A stretch of 64,000 nt of DNA from an uncultured Collinsella sp. (GCA_902490305.1 CABUDI010000004.1:35085-99084); one strand, 5' to 3'. Shown: positions 9,413 through 19,080, counted from the first letter of the stretch. A program made the numbers and translations. The notes: generated by a model from the sequence alone, not told the origin.

Positions 9413-10910
9413 GATGTCCTCCTACCTGATCGTTGCGTTCGCGCGCGGTGGCGCCAGCGGTAAAGCTTAATCCCTTGACGAGCGCGTTCTTGCCGTACTT
9501 GCCTTTCACGGCCAGGACGGCGCGCGCTAGGTCGCGCTCGCGCTCATCCGCCTCGATATCGCTAAATAGATCGATGGTGGCAAATTCCTCGGGCACCAGA
9601 TTGCCAAATCCCAGGTTGATGCGCTTGACCGTTCGTTTGGGATCGACAGTCTGTGCCCAGAGCTCATCGAAATATCCCATGATCTTCTTAAACGAATTGG
9701 TGCGCTCGGGCAGCTTGCGCGAGGCGTTGGAGTGCGCAAAGAGTGCGGCATAGCCACCGCGCGGTTTGCCGCCATGCTCTCCCACAAAGATGCCATCGAT
9801 TGCCTGCGCCTCACGTACCAGACGACGCCGTTCGTCATCGCGCTGGACGGGCTTGGGCGCACGGGGTGCGAGCTCGGGGCCGGCGGTTGCGGTGGGTTCG
9901 ATGCTCGACGTACTCGAGCGCAGGTGTCCGCATCCGTCCACATATTGTGCAGTGCCGCTGGCATCAAGCCTGCGGATGTCGGCGCGCTCGCTTGCATAGC
10001 CCACAAAGAGCGAGATGCTGTCGCACACCACGTGCTTGTCGATCAAATCCAGCACGGCGGCATCGACCATCTCGCGCAAGACGGTATAGGCCTGTTCGTA
10101 GGCATAACCCTTCGAGAGCACCTGTCCTGTGGTGGTCGAAGCTGCTTGCGGGCGATAGGCTTGGATGTCGGCGATGGTTGTCGGCTCGCGCCCGAAGGCA
10201 TGGTCGATGAGATATTCGGCATTGACGCCGAGCTCGTCGTAAAGCAGGTTTTCGTCGAGCGCCGCGACGCCCATCAGATCGTAGACGCCGTATTTCTCGA
10301 GGCGGGCTGCCACGCCGGGACCGATGCCCCAGATATCGGTGATGGGACGATGGGGCCAGATCTCCTTGCGAAAGGCCTCGTCGTCGAGTATGCCGATGCG
10401 GCTGAGTACGTGCTTGGCGGTAATGTCGAGCGCTACCTTGGCCTGGAATAGGTTGGGGCCGATGCCGACCGTCGCCGTGATGCCGGTGCGCGCGAGGACC
10501 TCGTCGCGCAGCGTGCAGGCGAACCCTTCCGCATCTGTGTGATAGAGGTCCAGATAGGGCGTCACGTCGATAAAGCATTCATCGATTGAATAGACGTGAA
10601 TGTCTTGCGGACTTACGTATTCCAGATAGATGCCGTAGATTTGCGCCGACACCTCCATATAGTGCTGCATGCGCGGTACGGCCGTGATGTAGTCGATGCC
10701 ATCGGGAATCTCGAATAGGCGGCAGCGATTGTGAATCCCTAAGTCCTTCATGGCCTGCGTGATGGCGAGGCAGATGGTCGTGCGCCCGCGCGATTCGTCG
10801 GCAACGACCAGGTTGGTGGTGAGCGGATCGAGCCCACGGTCGACGCACTCGACGCTGGCATAAAACGTCTTGAGGTCGATGCAGATATAGGTGTGCTGCT
10901 CGTGCGCCAT
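9405..10910 (-). CDS. Y-family DNA polymerase (UmuC/UvrX-like)
   Basis: ICIDLKTFYASVEC, YSIDECFID, GIGPNLFQAKVALD, DIWGIG, C-terminal KYGKNALVKG...VGGH. Confidence 0.92.
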   Translation of the reverse strand: MAHEQHTYICIDLKTFYASVECVDRGLDPLTTNLVVADESRGRTTICLAITQAMKDLGIHNRCRLFEIPDGIDYITAVPRMQHYMEVSAQIYGIYLEYVSPQDIHVYSIDECFIDVTPYLDLYHTDAEGFACTLRDEVLARTGITATVGIGPNLFQAKVALDITAKHVLSRIGILDDEAFRKEIWPHRPITDIWGIGPGVAARLEKYGVYDLMGVAALDENLLYDELGVNAEYLIDHAFGREPTTIADIQAYRPQAASTTTGQVLSKGYAYEQAYTVLREMVDAAVLDLIDKHVVCDSISLFVGYASERADIRRLDASGTAQYVDGCGHLRSSTSSIEPTATAGPELAPRAPKPVQRDDERRRLVREAQAIDGIFVGEHGGKPRGGYAALFAHSNASRKLPERTNSFKKIMGYFDELWAQTVDPKRTVKRINLGFGNLVPEEFATIDLFSDIEADERERDLARAVLAVKGKYGKNALVKGLSFTAGATARERNDQVGGHRA

Positions 10911-10923
10911 CCGTGTCCTTTCA

Positions 10924-10956
10924 TCAAACACATGTTCTTATCGAATACCTGTTCGA
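10924..10956. promoter_or_regulatory. Two tandem LexA (SOS) boxes
   Basis: TCAAAC-ACAT-GTTCTT and TCGAAT-ACCT-GTTCGA versus the Gram-positive consensus CGAAC-N4-GTTCG, immediately upstream of the polymerase. Confidence 0.8.
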
Positions 10957-10985
10957 TAATACCCGCTCGTCCGGACGTCGTCAAA

Positions 10986-11020
10986 ACCTGTCAAAAAGGG
11001 ACTGGTTTGTTTTGGTAGGT
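10986..11020. repeat. REP-like repeat family B (ACCTGTCAAAAAGGGAC...TTTTGGTAGGT)
   Basis: Near-identical unit at 59199-59233; degenerate and inverted units at 11677-11754. Confidence 0.75.
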
Positions 11021-11147
11021 ATGGTCGTGCGGTTGGATCGGGTTTTAACGCAGCTCTAAAGAGTGCGAAACAGCTCGGAAAACCTCGCTTCGTAGCATGA
11101 GCCTAACGATTGATACCGCCTATACGCACGGAAGGGTTGTGGAAAAG

Positions 11148-11672
11148 ATGGTCAATTATGGGTTTGGTATGCCGACGCGCCTTGTTGCGGATGGAGACGT
11201 GGCTCGCTGGTGCGGACGATTGGTCGCTCACTACGGTGGCACCAAGGCGCTGGTCGTGTTGGGCGGTGACAAACATACGCACGATGAGCTCGTCTCGGCG
11301 GCGCTCGGCTCGCTTGATCGAGCTCTGCTCGAACGCGTGCTTTTTCGCTGCGGCTTGGTCGGGGGCGATGGGGGAGATGATTTGGTCGATGAGGCCGTAG
11401 CCCTGGCGACCGACGAAGGCGTGGACTTTGTCCTGGCGATTGGCGATGCCGATACTGCCGGCTTTGCGCGCGAGCTCGCGCGTCGCATGGCGGCGCTCGA
11501 TGCCGGCGAAGACGGCTTTGTGCCTTATGGATGCATTGTCTCGGAGGGCAAGGTGCCTGCTGTCGTGGGCACCGGCGAGGTTCCCGTTTTTGCCATTATC
11601 GCGCCCGAACTGCTGGAGGGCATCGGGTCTCCTCTGCGTGAGTTACTCGGTAGCGTCTGCGCCGCGGCCTAA
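11148..11672 (+). CDS. Truncated iron-containing alcohol dehydrogenase-like protein (N-terminal domain only; possible pseudogene)
   Basis: NYGFGMPTRLV and EGVDFVLAIG...P.FAIIAPELL resemble the Fe-ADH N-domain; GGGS motif is degenerate and the C-terminal metal-binding domain is missing. Confidence 0.55.
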   Translation: MVNYGFGMPTRLVADGDVARWCGRLVAHYGGTKALVVLGGDKHTHDELVSAALGSLDRALLERVLFRCGLVGGDGGDDLVDEAVALATDEGVDFVLAIGDADTAGFARELARRMAALDAGEDGFVPYGCIVSEGKVPAVVGTGEVPVFAIIAPELLEGIGSPLRELLGSVCAAA

Positions 11673-11676
11673 TATT

Positions 11677-11754
11677 TGCCATAAAAGGACGGGTTATTTT
11701 TGGTTGGTAAAGCGTTTGACCTGCCAAATATAAGCCTGTCCCTTTTTGATCGGT
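11677..11754. repeat. REP-like repeat family B, inverted pair
   Basis: AAAAGGACGGGTTATTTTTGG followed by ACCTGCCAAATATAAGCCTGTCCCTTTTTG. Confidence 0.65.
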
Positions 11755-11872
11755 TGCCGTTTGGGGGCCGATTGGCAACGCTCGCTGATTGTAGTCTTGA
11801 CCTGCGCTAGAATAGTGGCATCTGAATGTCCGGGCGCATGGAGGCGTGCGCCCGTATGCTGAGGAGGACTCT

Positions 11873-13567
11873 ATGGCAACTGTTGCCGCACCTATCGATG
11901 CTACGTCGACTGCCGCTTGGAAGGCACTCGAGGCTCATCAGGAGAAGCTCGAGGCCGATGGTATCGACCTCAAGGCCTGGTTCGCTGCCGATGCCGAGCG
12001 CGTGAACAAGCTGAGCTTTGACGCCGGTGACCTGCACTTCGATCTGTCGAAGAACCTGGTGACCGATGAGACCGTCAAGCTGCTGTGCGATCTTGCTCGT
12101 GAGGTGAAGCTCGAGGAGCGCCGCGACGCCATGTTCTCCGGCGAGCACATTAACACCACCGAGGACCGCGCCGTCCTGCACACCGCGCTTCGCCGCCCCG
12201 CAACCGAGAGGGGCCAGCTCATCGTCGACGGCCAGGATGTCGTCGCCGACGTGCACGAGGTCCTCGACCGCATGTATGCCTTCGCCGAGCGCGTGCGCTC
12301 CGGTGAGTGGAAGGGTGTTACCGGCAAGAAGATCGAGCACCTGGTGTCCATCGGCATCGGCGGCTCCGATCTGGGCCCGGTCATGGCTTACGAGGCTCTG
12401 CGTCCCTATGCTGACGCCGGTATCGACTGCCGCTATATCTCCAACATCGACCCCAACGACCAGGCCGAGAAGCTTAAGGGCCTGGATCCCGAGACCACGC
12501 TCGTGATCATCGTCTCCAAGACCTTCACCACGCTCGAGACCCTCACCAACGCCCGCGAGGTCAAGACCTGGATGCTCGAGCAGCTCAAGGCCCAGGGCGC
12601 CATCGACGGCTCCGATGAGCAGAACGCCGAGGCCGTGGCAAAGCACTTCGTCGCCGTCTCCACCGCACTCGAGAAGGTCGAGGCCTTCGGTATCGACCCC
12701 GCCAACGCCTTCGGCTTCTGGAACTGGGTCGGCGGCCGCTACTCCGTCGACTCCGCCGTGGGCCTGTCGCTGATCGTCGTGCTCGGTCCCGAGCGCTTCC
12801 AGCAGTTCCTCGAGGGCTTCCACGCTATCGACGAGTACTTCTGCAACACGCCGCTCGAGAACAATGCCGTTGCGCTGATGGGCCTGCTCAACGTCTGGTA
12901 CGTCAACTTCTTCGGTTCCAAGAGCCACGCCGTGCTGCCGTACTGCCAGTACCTGCATCGTTTCCCGGCCTACCTGCAGCAGCTCACCATGGAGTCCAAC
13001 GGCAAGCATGTCCGCTGGGACGGCAGCGCCGTGACCTCCGACACCGGTGAGATCTTCTGGGGCGAGCCCGGCACCAACGGTCAGCACGCCTTCTACCAGC
13101 TGCTGCACCAGGGCACCGTGGTGGTCCCGGCCGATTTCATTGCCTTCGCCAATACCGCCAACCCTGCGACCGACAGCGGCCAGGACGTGCACGAGCTGTT
13201 CCTGGGCAACTTCCTGGCCCAGACCAAGGCGCTCGCCTTTGGTAAGACGGCCGATGAGGTGCGCGCCGAGGGCACGCCCGAGCAGATCGTCCCGGCCCGC
13301 TGCTTTGAGGGCAACCGTCCGACGACCTCGATCTTTGGCGACACGTTGACCCCGTTCGCACTCGGCGAGCTCATCGCCCTGTACGAGCACATCACGTTTG
13401 TCGAGGGCACGGTCTGGGGCATCGACTCCTACGACCAGTGGGGCGTCGAGCTGGGCAAGCAGCTTGCCAAGCAGATCACCCCGGCCTTCCACGATGACGC
13501 CGCCAAGGCCGAGCAGGACGCTTCGACCCAGGCGCTCATCGAGTTCTATCGCGCGCACCGCAAGTAG
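11873..13567 (+). CDS. pgi: Glucose-6-phosphate isomerase
   Basis: [56 protein letters not shown]. Confidence 0.97.
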   Translation: MATVAAPIDATSTAAWKALEAHQEKLEADGIDLKAWFAADAERVNKLSFDAGDLHFDLSKNLVTDETVKLLCDLAREVKLEERRDAMFSGEHINTTEDRAVLHTALRRPATERGQLIVDGQDVVADVHEVLDRMYAFAERVRSGEWKGVTGKKIEHLVSIGIGGSDLGPVMAYEALRPYADAGIDCRYISNIDPNDQAEKLKGLDPETTLVIIVSKTFTTLETLTNAREVKTWMLEQLKAQGAIDGSDEQNAEAVAKHFVAVSTALEKVEAFGIDPANAFGFWNWVGGRYSVDSAVGLSLIVVLGPERFQQFLEGFHAIDEYFCNTPLENNAVALMGLLNVWYVNFFGSKSHAVLPYCQYLHRFPAYLQQLTMESNGKHVRWDGSAVTSDTGEIFWGEPGTNGQHAFYQLLHQGTVVVPADFIAFANTANPATDSGQDVHELFLGNFLAQTKALAFGKTADEVRAEGTPEQIVPARCFEGNRPTTSIFGDTLTPFALGELIALYEHITFVEGTVWGIDSYDQWGVELGKQLAKQITPAFHDDAAKAEQDASTQALIEFYRAHRK

Positions 13568-13599
13568 TCGCTGCTGTTAACGCATCGCGCCTTATAGCC

Positions 13600-13633
13600 A
13601 GGGGCCCGTATCCCATCGGATGCGGGCCCCTTT
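13600..13633. terminator. pgi terminator (copy carried inside the islet)
   Basis: GGGGCCCGTATCC-CATC-GGATGCGGGCCCC-TTT. Confidence 0.75.
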
Positions 13634-13708
13634 GCTTTGCCGTGGCCCCGGGGCGCACGGCCTTTAAGGATCTTCGCCGGAGCGTCGCGTGCTGCGAGGG
13701 CCCTGCGT

Positions 13709-15013
13709 CTAGAGCTCGGCCTCCGCATGACCTCGCTGCGCCTCGGGCAGCTCCCCGTAGAGCGGATGGTCTTCGAGCCTAAAGCGCTCGACCTGTTCGG
13801 GAGTGCGACCGCGTACAAAGAGCCACGAGCGATCAATCGGCGTTGCCATGAGCGTGCTGGGCAGCGCGTCGGCGCGGTCGGAAAACACCCGGGCACTCTC
13901 GGGATCCTGGAACGCCAGTACCAGATGCGTGTCGCAGTTGCCCATGATGGAGCGTGCGCGTGCCTCGCCATAGAGCGCATCGAGCTGGTTGGTCGACTGC
14001 AGCAGCAGCGTTGCCCAGATGTTGCGGCTTCGGATAATCGAGAGCACGTTGTCGATCTGGGGGATCTGCAGATTTGCGAAGTCATCGAGCATAAAGCGCA
14101 CGGGCACGGGCAGGCTGCCGTCGGGCTGCCTATCGGCCTCACGAATGAGGCCCATAAACGCCTGCGAAATAAAGAGGCCGGTCAGCGGATCGAGATTGCG
14201 GTCAATATCGCTCACGGTTACAAACAGGGCGCAGGGGGTGTGTCCCATGGAAGCGAAGTTCACCTGATGACACTCACGATAGAGCTGTGCCGCACCGTCG
14301 AATCCCAGACACATGACCTTTTCGGCAAGGATGCCGACGATGCTCGCGTGCATGCGCTCGGCATTTTGCGTAATGGCGTAGCGCCGCCATAGCGAGAGGG
14401 CATAGCTTTGGGGGTCGGTCGTGATCAGGTCGTCAAACAATCGACCCGTGGCACCGTCCTGCAGGTGCTCGATCAGCTTGATGACCGAGCTGATCGTCTG
14501 CTCGTCGGCGGGTAGCTGTTCGGTGACGTAGGCGATAAGACACGACAGCAGGTTTGCCGCCGCATGATCCCAAAAAGGCTGGTTGTTGTCCTCGATGGGG
14601 CAGATGGCCTTTGCCACCGAGAGGATGTCCTGCTGGTTGGGCCTGCCGTCCGCCTTGCGGCGAATGTGCCTCAGGGGGTTGTAGCCGCAGCGCTCGATGC
14701 CGGGCGCAAGGGCCGGGACGGTGTTGAGGTCGGCGAAGTTGAGACATTGCACGCGGTAACCGTGGGCTGCCAGCACGGGTCCCACTTCGCGACAGAGCGT
14801 GCCTTTGGTGTCGAGCACGATGTAGCTTGCGTTCATTTGCAGCAGGTTGGGCTTGAGGACGTTTCGGGTCTTGCCGGCTCCCGAGGGGCCGATTACAAGT
14901 GCATTGTTGTTGAGTCCCGTTTGGCGGGTGTCGCAGGAAAGCGTTCGATCCTTGGCGAGGATGGTAGACGATGCGGACTCAGACGCGGCGAGACGGCTGG
15001 CGAGGTTAGACAT
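13709..15013 (-). CDS. VirD4/TraG-like type IV coupling-protein ATPase lacking the N-terminal TM anchor
   Basis: NALVIGPSGAGKTR..KPNLLQMNASYIVLDTKG, YNPL, FWDHAA, VRFMLDDFAN, RSRNI...LQSTNQL..LYG; ATG 15013 with AAGGAGG RBS. Confidence 0.85.
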   Translation of the reverse strand: MSNLASRLAASESASSTILAKDRTLSCDTRQTGLNNNALVIGPSGAGKTRNVLKPNLLQMNASYIVLDTKGTLCREVGPVLAAHGYRVQCLNFADLNTVPALAPGIERCGYNPLRHIRRKADGRPNQQDILSVAKAICPIEDNNQPFWDHAAANLLSCLIAYVTEQLPADEQTISSVIKLIEHLQDGATGRLFDDLITTDPQSYALSLWRRYAITQNAERMHASIVGILAEKVMCLGFDGAAQLYRECHQVNFASMGHTPCALFVTVSDIDRNLDPLTGLFISQAFMGLIREADRQPDGSLPVPVRFMLDDFANLQIPQIDNVLSIIRSRNIWATLLLQSTNQLDALYGEARARSIMGNCDTHLVLAFQDPESARVFSDRADALPSTLMATPIDRSWLFVRGRTPEQVERFRLEDHPLYGELPEAQRGHAEAEL

Positions 15014-15623
15014 GGGCGACCTCCTTGGTGGTCGAGAGGATTTCGTGGGCAAAGCCGAGCTCGACGGCGCGCTCGGCCGAAAGGTAGGTGTCTTTTGCAG
15101 TGAGGGACTGGATGCGCTTGGGCGTGAGGCCGCTGCGGTCCGAGAGGATTTGCGTGAGGGTCTTGCGGGTCTGCATGAGACGCCGGCTGGTTTCCTGCAG
15201 CGCAAGTGCCGAGCCGCCTGCCCCCTGGGGGATCAGCGGGTCGTGAATCATGAGCTCTGCATGGGGCGCCATACGGCGATCGTCGCCGCCCGTAAAGATC
15301 ACGGCGCCCATGGACGCGGCGAATTCCAGGCAGACGGTGCGGATGGGGCACGATGCGAGGCGCATGGCGTCATAGATCGCAAGACCCGATCGCACGCTTC
15401 CGCCGGCGCTGGCGACAAATATGGTGATGGGGCGGCTGGGGTCGGTGGCATCGAGCAGGCGGATTTGCTGGCATAGGTCGTGGGCCATCGGGGTTTCGAT
15501 GTTTCCCATGACGGAGAGCTCGCGACGGGCGAGCATCTCATCGTAAATGCTGGTGAGCGTGATGCCTCGGGCGGATTCACGCATGGTGAGGGGGCTGATG
15601 ATGGGGGAATGATTGGTGTCCAT
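15006..15623 (-). CDS. ClpP-family serine protease (non-housekeeping paralog)
   Basis: SAGGSVRSGLAIYDAM, AASMGAVI (Ser), MIHDP (His), KDTYLSAERAVELGFAHEI (Asp). Confidence 0.9.
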   Translation of the reverse strand: MDTNHSPIISPLTMRESARGITLTSIYDEMLARRELSVMGNIETPMAHDLCQQIRLLDATDPSRPITIFVASAGGSVRSGLAIYDAMRLASCPIRTVCLEFAASMGAVIFTGGDDRRMAPHAELMIHDPLIPQGAGGSALALQETSRRLMQTRKTLTQILSDRSGLTPKRIQSLTAKDTYLSAERAVELGFAHEILSTTKEVAHV

Positions 15624-15686
15624 GAGGACTCCTTTCTGTTGGTTGTGTTGTGGGATAGGATTGTTGCCCGCGGAGGGGCTGGCGAG

Positions 15687-16577
15687 CTACAGGGTTCGTC
15701 CGAGCCTGAGATCGAGCTCGGTTGCGGGGCAGGCTGCCTGTTCGTGCGGCTCGCAAGCGCCAAGGGCTCCAAAGCGATAGAGCGTTGCGGCGGGCGTGGT
15801 GTAGGCGAGCCGCAGCTGATGCTCGACAGGGGCACATCCGTCATTTTTGTAATGAGCCGCGTAGTACTGCGCGATGCTGGCGTTCATCTCGCTGCCATTG
15901 CGATGGCGCTCAAACTGGCGTCTGCAGGTCTCGATGATCTTTGCTACCGACTTGGGTGCCGTCGCGGGAACAAGGGCGAGATAGCCCTCAAATAGCTCGT
16001 TGATGCTCAGGAGGCACAGCAGGTCGATCAGCGTCCTTATGGCTGCTCCCTCGGCAGAAAAGTGCGCGGTCATGCGGTTATATCGGTTGCGGTCGACGAT
16101 GGCCGCATGGGGTCTTGGAGTTTTCTGCCCCGTGGTCCCGGGCTTTTGCCGCGCCTGTGTATTGAGCTCGACGTTGCAGCGCTTGAGGCCGTCCAACGGA
16201 AGGAACAGTGCGGTGCGCAGGGTGTTCCGCTTGCTTTCGAGTTCATGACGCTCGTCGGGTTCCCATTCGAGCTTGAGTTTCGTGTCGAGTGCCGTAAGCA
16301 TATGGGCTAGGCAGCCTACGGTAAGAACGTACGAATCGTTGTCGCGTTTTGGGGCATAGGGGTTTGTCAGCTTGCGAATGTCGGGGTCGCCCATGATCTT
16401 TGTGCAGCGCTTCAGCAGTTGAGGGTGGTCGGCCAAGATCGTCGCGAGCGGTAGCGACGCGTAGTTCTTGATGGTCGCGGCGGCAAAGGCGGCGTCATAT
16501 TCGTTTGCATATGCTCGCTCAATGCGGGCATCCAGAATGCTTTTCTTATCGCCGTCTTCAGCGTGGTGGTTTGTCAT
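15687..16577 (-). CDS. Hypothetical protein (296 aa, helical and basic)
   Basis: Long ORF with GGAGAAG RBS before ATG 16577; no family recognised. Confidence 0.65.
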   Translation of the reverse strand: MTNHHAEDGDKKSILDARIERAYANEYDAAFAAATIKNYASLPLATILADHPQLLKRCTKIMGDPDIRKLTNPYAPKRDNDSYVLTVGCLAHMLTALDTKLKLEWEPDERHELESKRNTLRTALFLPLDGLKRCNVELNTQARQKPGTTGQKTPRPHAAIVDRNRYNRMTAHFSAEGAAIRTLIDLLCLLSINELFEGYLALVPATAPKSVAKIIETCRRQFERHRNGSEMNASIAQYYAAHYKNDGCAPVEHQLRLAYTTPAATLYRFGALGACEPHEQAACPATELDLRLGRTL

Positions 16578-17100
16578 AGCTTCTCCAATCGGTTGATGTT
16601 CGTGCTGTTTGTTGATGTGTTGGTTGTCGTGAGTGATGTGCTTGCCGTGGGTGATGTGCTGTCGTTGGGGTGCTATGCGGTTTTCAATGAGCCCGTGAGA
16701 CAGTTGCTGCAGGGGCGGGATGGAACGGCCCATGCAAGGCGGAAGGCATCGTGCTCAAAATCGAGACAGCAATGCCCTGGGTGCCTCACATGTGGCAGTT
16801 ACCTCATTAAGTTGTCATTGCGTTTGGGGCTGTACTTTGCCGATCTTCTTTCTCTTACACGCTAAAAACTGAAACTTCATATGCTCGATCTACTTAAAAC
16901 CGCAACGGCGGTCTTTTATCAACTTATATGTCGGAACGTGTCTTTGCAAGTACTTTTTTGCGTTTGTTTCAAATGGGGTGGTTTTGCAACCGTCACGCGC
17001 CACGCTATACGAACGTGTCCCGGCTCGGATAAGATGGTGCGATCGAGTTCTACCGCGCTCACCGCAAGTAGTCTTTGTTGCTGAGATAGGTCATGGCCGA

Positions 17101-17134
17101 AAGGGGCCCGTATCCGTTGGGATACGGGCCCCTT
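17101..17134. terminator. Original pgi terminator, displaced beyond attR
   Basis: AAGGGGCCCGTATCC-GTTG-GGATACGGGCCCCTT. Confidence 0.75.
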
Positions 17135-17350
17135 GCTATTTGAATGGGCATGAGGGTGTATTGAGGGGGGGTGCCTGGCTGTCGGCATCCGCATGCGGCG
17201 CCATTTGCTGTCCGTAAATATACTTCTACGGCTAATTTCATACCACTTGTCGGAATGCGGACGCTGTCCTTGCGTATCGGGCGTACATTGAACGTGGTTT
17301 TTCGCGCGAAGCCACGAATCGGTTGTCGGTCCTGAACAAGGAGGCCCAGC

Positions 17351-18025
17351 ATGACGCTTGCCAAACCCATCAATAAATACATCGACTATATCGATGCCCC
17401 CGAGGACACATTTGAGCAGTATGTCGAGAAGGCGCTAAAGTACAACTTCCGTTGTGTATTTGCGAACCTGCAGGAGTACGAGACGGGTCGCGCAATGCTC
17501 GAGGGTTCTGACATCATTCTTGCCGGCGCTATCGACTTTCCCCAGGGCACTATGACGCTTGAGGAGAAGCTTGCGAGGTTTGAGGAATACGCTGTGTGCG
17601 GCTTTACCGAGATTGACTACGTTTTGAATCAGGAGTCGGTCGAGAACCGCGATTTTGATGCCATCGAGCGCGAGATGACTGCCATTGCTGATTTTTGTCG
17701 CGCGCATGGCATCACTGACAAGGTGATCGTCGAGATGTGCAAGCTGGACGGCGACGATGCCGCCAAGCACCGTGTGTGTGAGATTGCGCTGGAGGCTAAG
17801 CCGGGATTCCTTAAGACATCGACTGGCAGAAGCTTTGGCGGCGCTAAGCTCGAAGACGTGCGGCTGATGCACGAGGTGCTCGGCGATGCCGTGGCAATTA
17901 AGGCGGCGGGCGGTATCCATAATTACGAAGAGGCTTGCGCATTCATCGAGGCCGGCGCCAGCGCGTTGGGTGCATCGGCGGGCATCGCGATCGTTGAGGG
18001 TGCACCGACGGAGGAGCGTCGCTAG
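17351..18025 (+). CDS. deoC: Deoxyribose-phosphate aldolase (divergent)
   Basis: IDFPQG, EIDYVLN, KVIVE, FLKTSTG, IKAAGGI, LGAS. Confidence 0.85.
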   Translation: MTLAKPINKYIDYIDAPEDTFEQYVEKALKYNFRCVFANLQEYETGRAMLEGSDIILAGAIDFPQGTMTLEEKLARFEEYAVCGFTEIDYVLNQESVENRDFDAIEREMTAIADFCRAHGITDKVIVEMCKLDGDDAAKHRVCEIALEAKPGFLKTSTGRSFGGAKLEDVRLMHEVLGDAVAIKAAGGIHNYEEACAFIEAGASALGASAGIAIVEGAPTEERR

Positions 18026-18174
18026 CAGACGTATTTGACCTGAGCGATAAAGCTTCACGACCACGCGCCGTTCATGTTTGGGACAATATGACATTTTTCC
18101 CGTTGCAGACAGAGTCGCCGTGGGTGTTCTGTATGATGGCTCAGACAAGGTTGTTCAATGACGGGGAGGCATAT

Positions 18175-19017
18175 ATGGCTATCAAAGCCATCGCAATGGA
18201 TATCGACGGTACGCTCACCAACGACCAAAAGGTCATCAGCCCGCGTACGCGCGAGAAGCTGCTCGCGGCGCAGGAGTCGGGCATTAAGCTCATCTTGGCT
18301 TCGGGCCGTCCCGCATGGGGGCTGCACGCCTTGGCGCAGGAGCTCGACCTTCAAAACCATGACGGTCTGCTAGTTGCCTTTAATGGTGCGCATGTGGTCG
18401 ACGCTCAGACCGATGAGGTCCTTTTTGACCAGGCCATGCCGGCTGACGAGCTGCACCGTCTGATTGATCATCTGCGCAATTTCGACGTGATCCCTATGAT
18501 TTCGCTCGGTCGCGATCTGCATGTCGAGGATTCGTATCGCTGCATGATTACACTGCCGGATGGCTCGCAGAAAAACATCGTCAAATACGAGCGCGATGCG
18601 TGCGACCTTAAGATCCGCGAGGTCGAGAGCTTGCATGAGGTCGCGGACGCTTATCCCGTGGACAAGCTGCTGACGGCGGGCGATCCGGCCTACCTGCAGG
18701 CGCATTACGAGGAGATGTATACGCCCTTTACCCAGACGCTTTCGGGCATGTTTACGGCCGACTGGTACTTTGAGTACACGGCGCCTGGTATCGACAAGGC
18801 CCGCGCGCTCGAGGGCGCCCTGCCCAAGCTCGGTATCGATGCCAGCGAGGTCGTATCGTTTGGTGACGGCCAGAACGACAAGTCCATGATTGAGTGGGCC
18901 GGCACCGGTGTTGCCATGGGCAACGCAGTCGATGAGGTTAAGGCGGTAGCCCAGATGGTGACCGCCAATAACAACGAAGACGGTATTGCGGTGGCGTTGG
19001 ATAAGCTGCTGGGTTAG
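18175..19017 (+). CDS. Cof-type HAD-IIB hydrolase
   Basis: AMDIDGTL, LASGR, FGDGQNDKSM, VAMGNA. Confidence 0.92.
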   Translation: MAIKAIAMDIDGTLTNDQKVISPRTREKLLAAQESGIKLILASGRPAWGLHALAQELDLQNHDGLLVAFNGAHVVDAQTDEVLFDQAMPADELHRLIDHLRNFDVIPMISLGRDLHVEDSYRCMITLPDGSQKNIVKYERDACDLKIREVESLHEVADAYPVDKLLTAGDPAYLQAHYEEMYTPFTQTLSGMFTADWYFEYTAPGIDKARALEGALPKLGIDASEVVSFGDGQNDKSMIEWAGTGVAMGNAVDEVKAVAQMVTANNNEDGIAVALDKLLG

Positions 19018-19080
19018 AATCGCCGATAATGCATGGTTCGGGCGCCTGCTTACAGGCGCCCTTTTGTTAGGGAGGGTGCC

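Larger units (their letters stand above)
13538..17073. mobile_element. 3.5-kb integrase-less genomic islet (CIME-like) inserted at the pgi 3' end
   Basis: 32-bp direct repeat ATCGAGTTCTA(T/C)CGCGC(G/T)CACCGCAAGTAGTC at 13538-13569 and 17042-17073; the terminator hairpin is also duplicated. Confidence 0.85.

Noticed and set aside
13709..15205. ORF-track start of the VirD4-like gene at 15205
   Set aside because: Would overlap clpP by about 200 bp; ATG 15013 has a strong AAGGAGG RBS
16590..16680. Repeats considered as a CRISPR array
   Set aside because: Units are short and degenerate, lack unique spacers, and no cas genes are present
16881..17084. 67-aa ORF crossing attR as an integrase remnant
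   Set aside because: No tyrosine or serine recombinase motif recognisable
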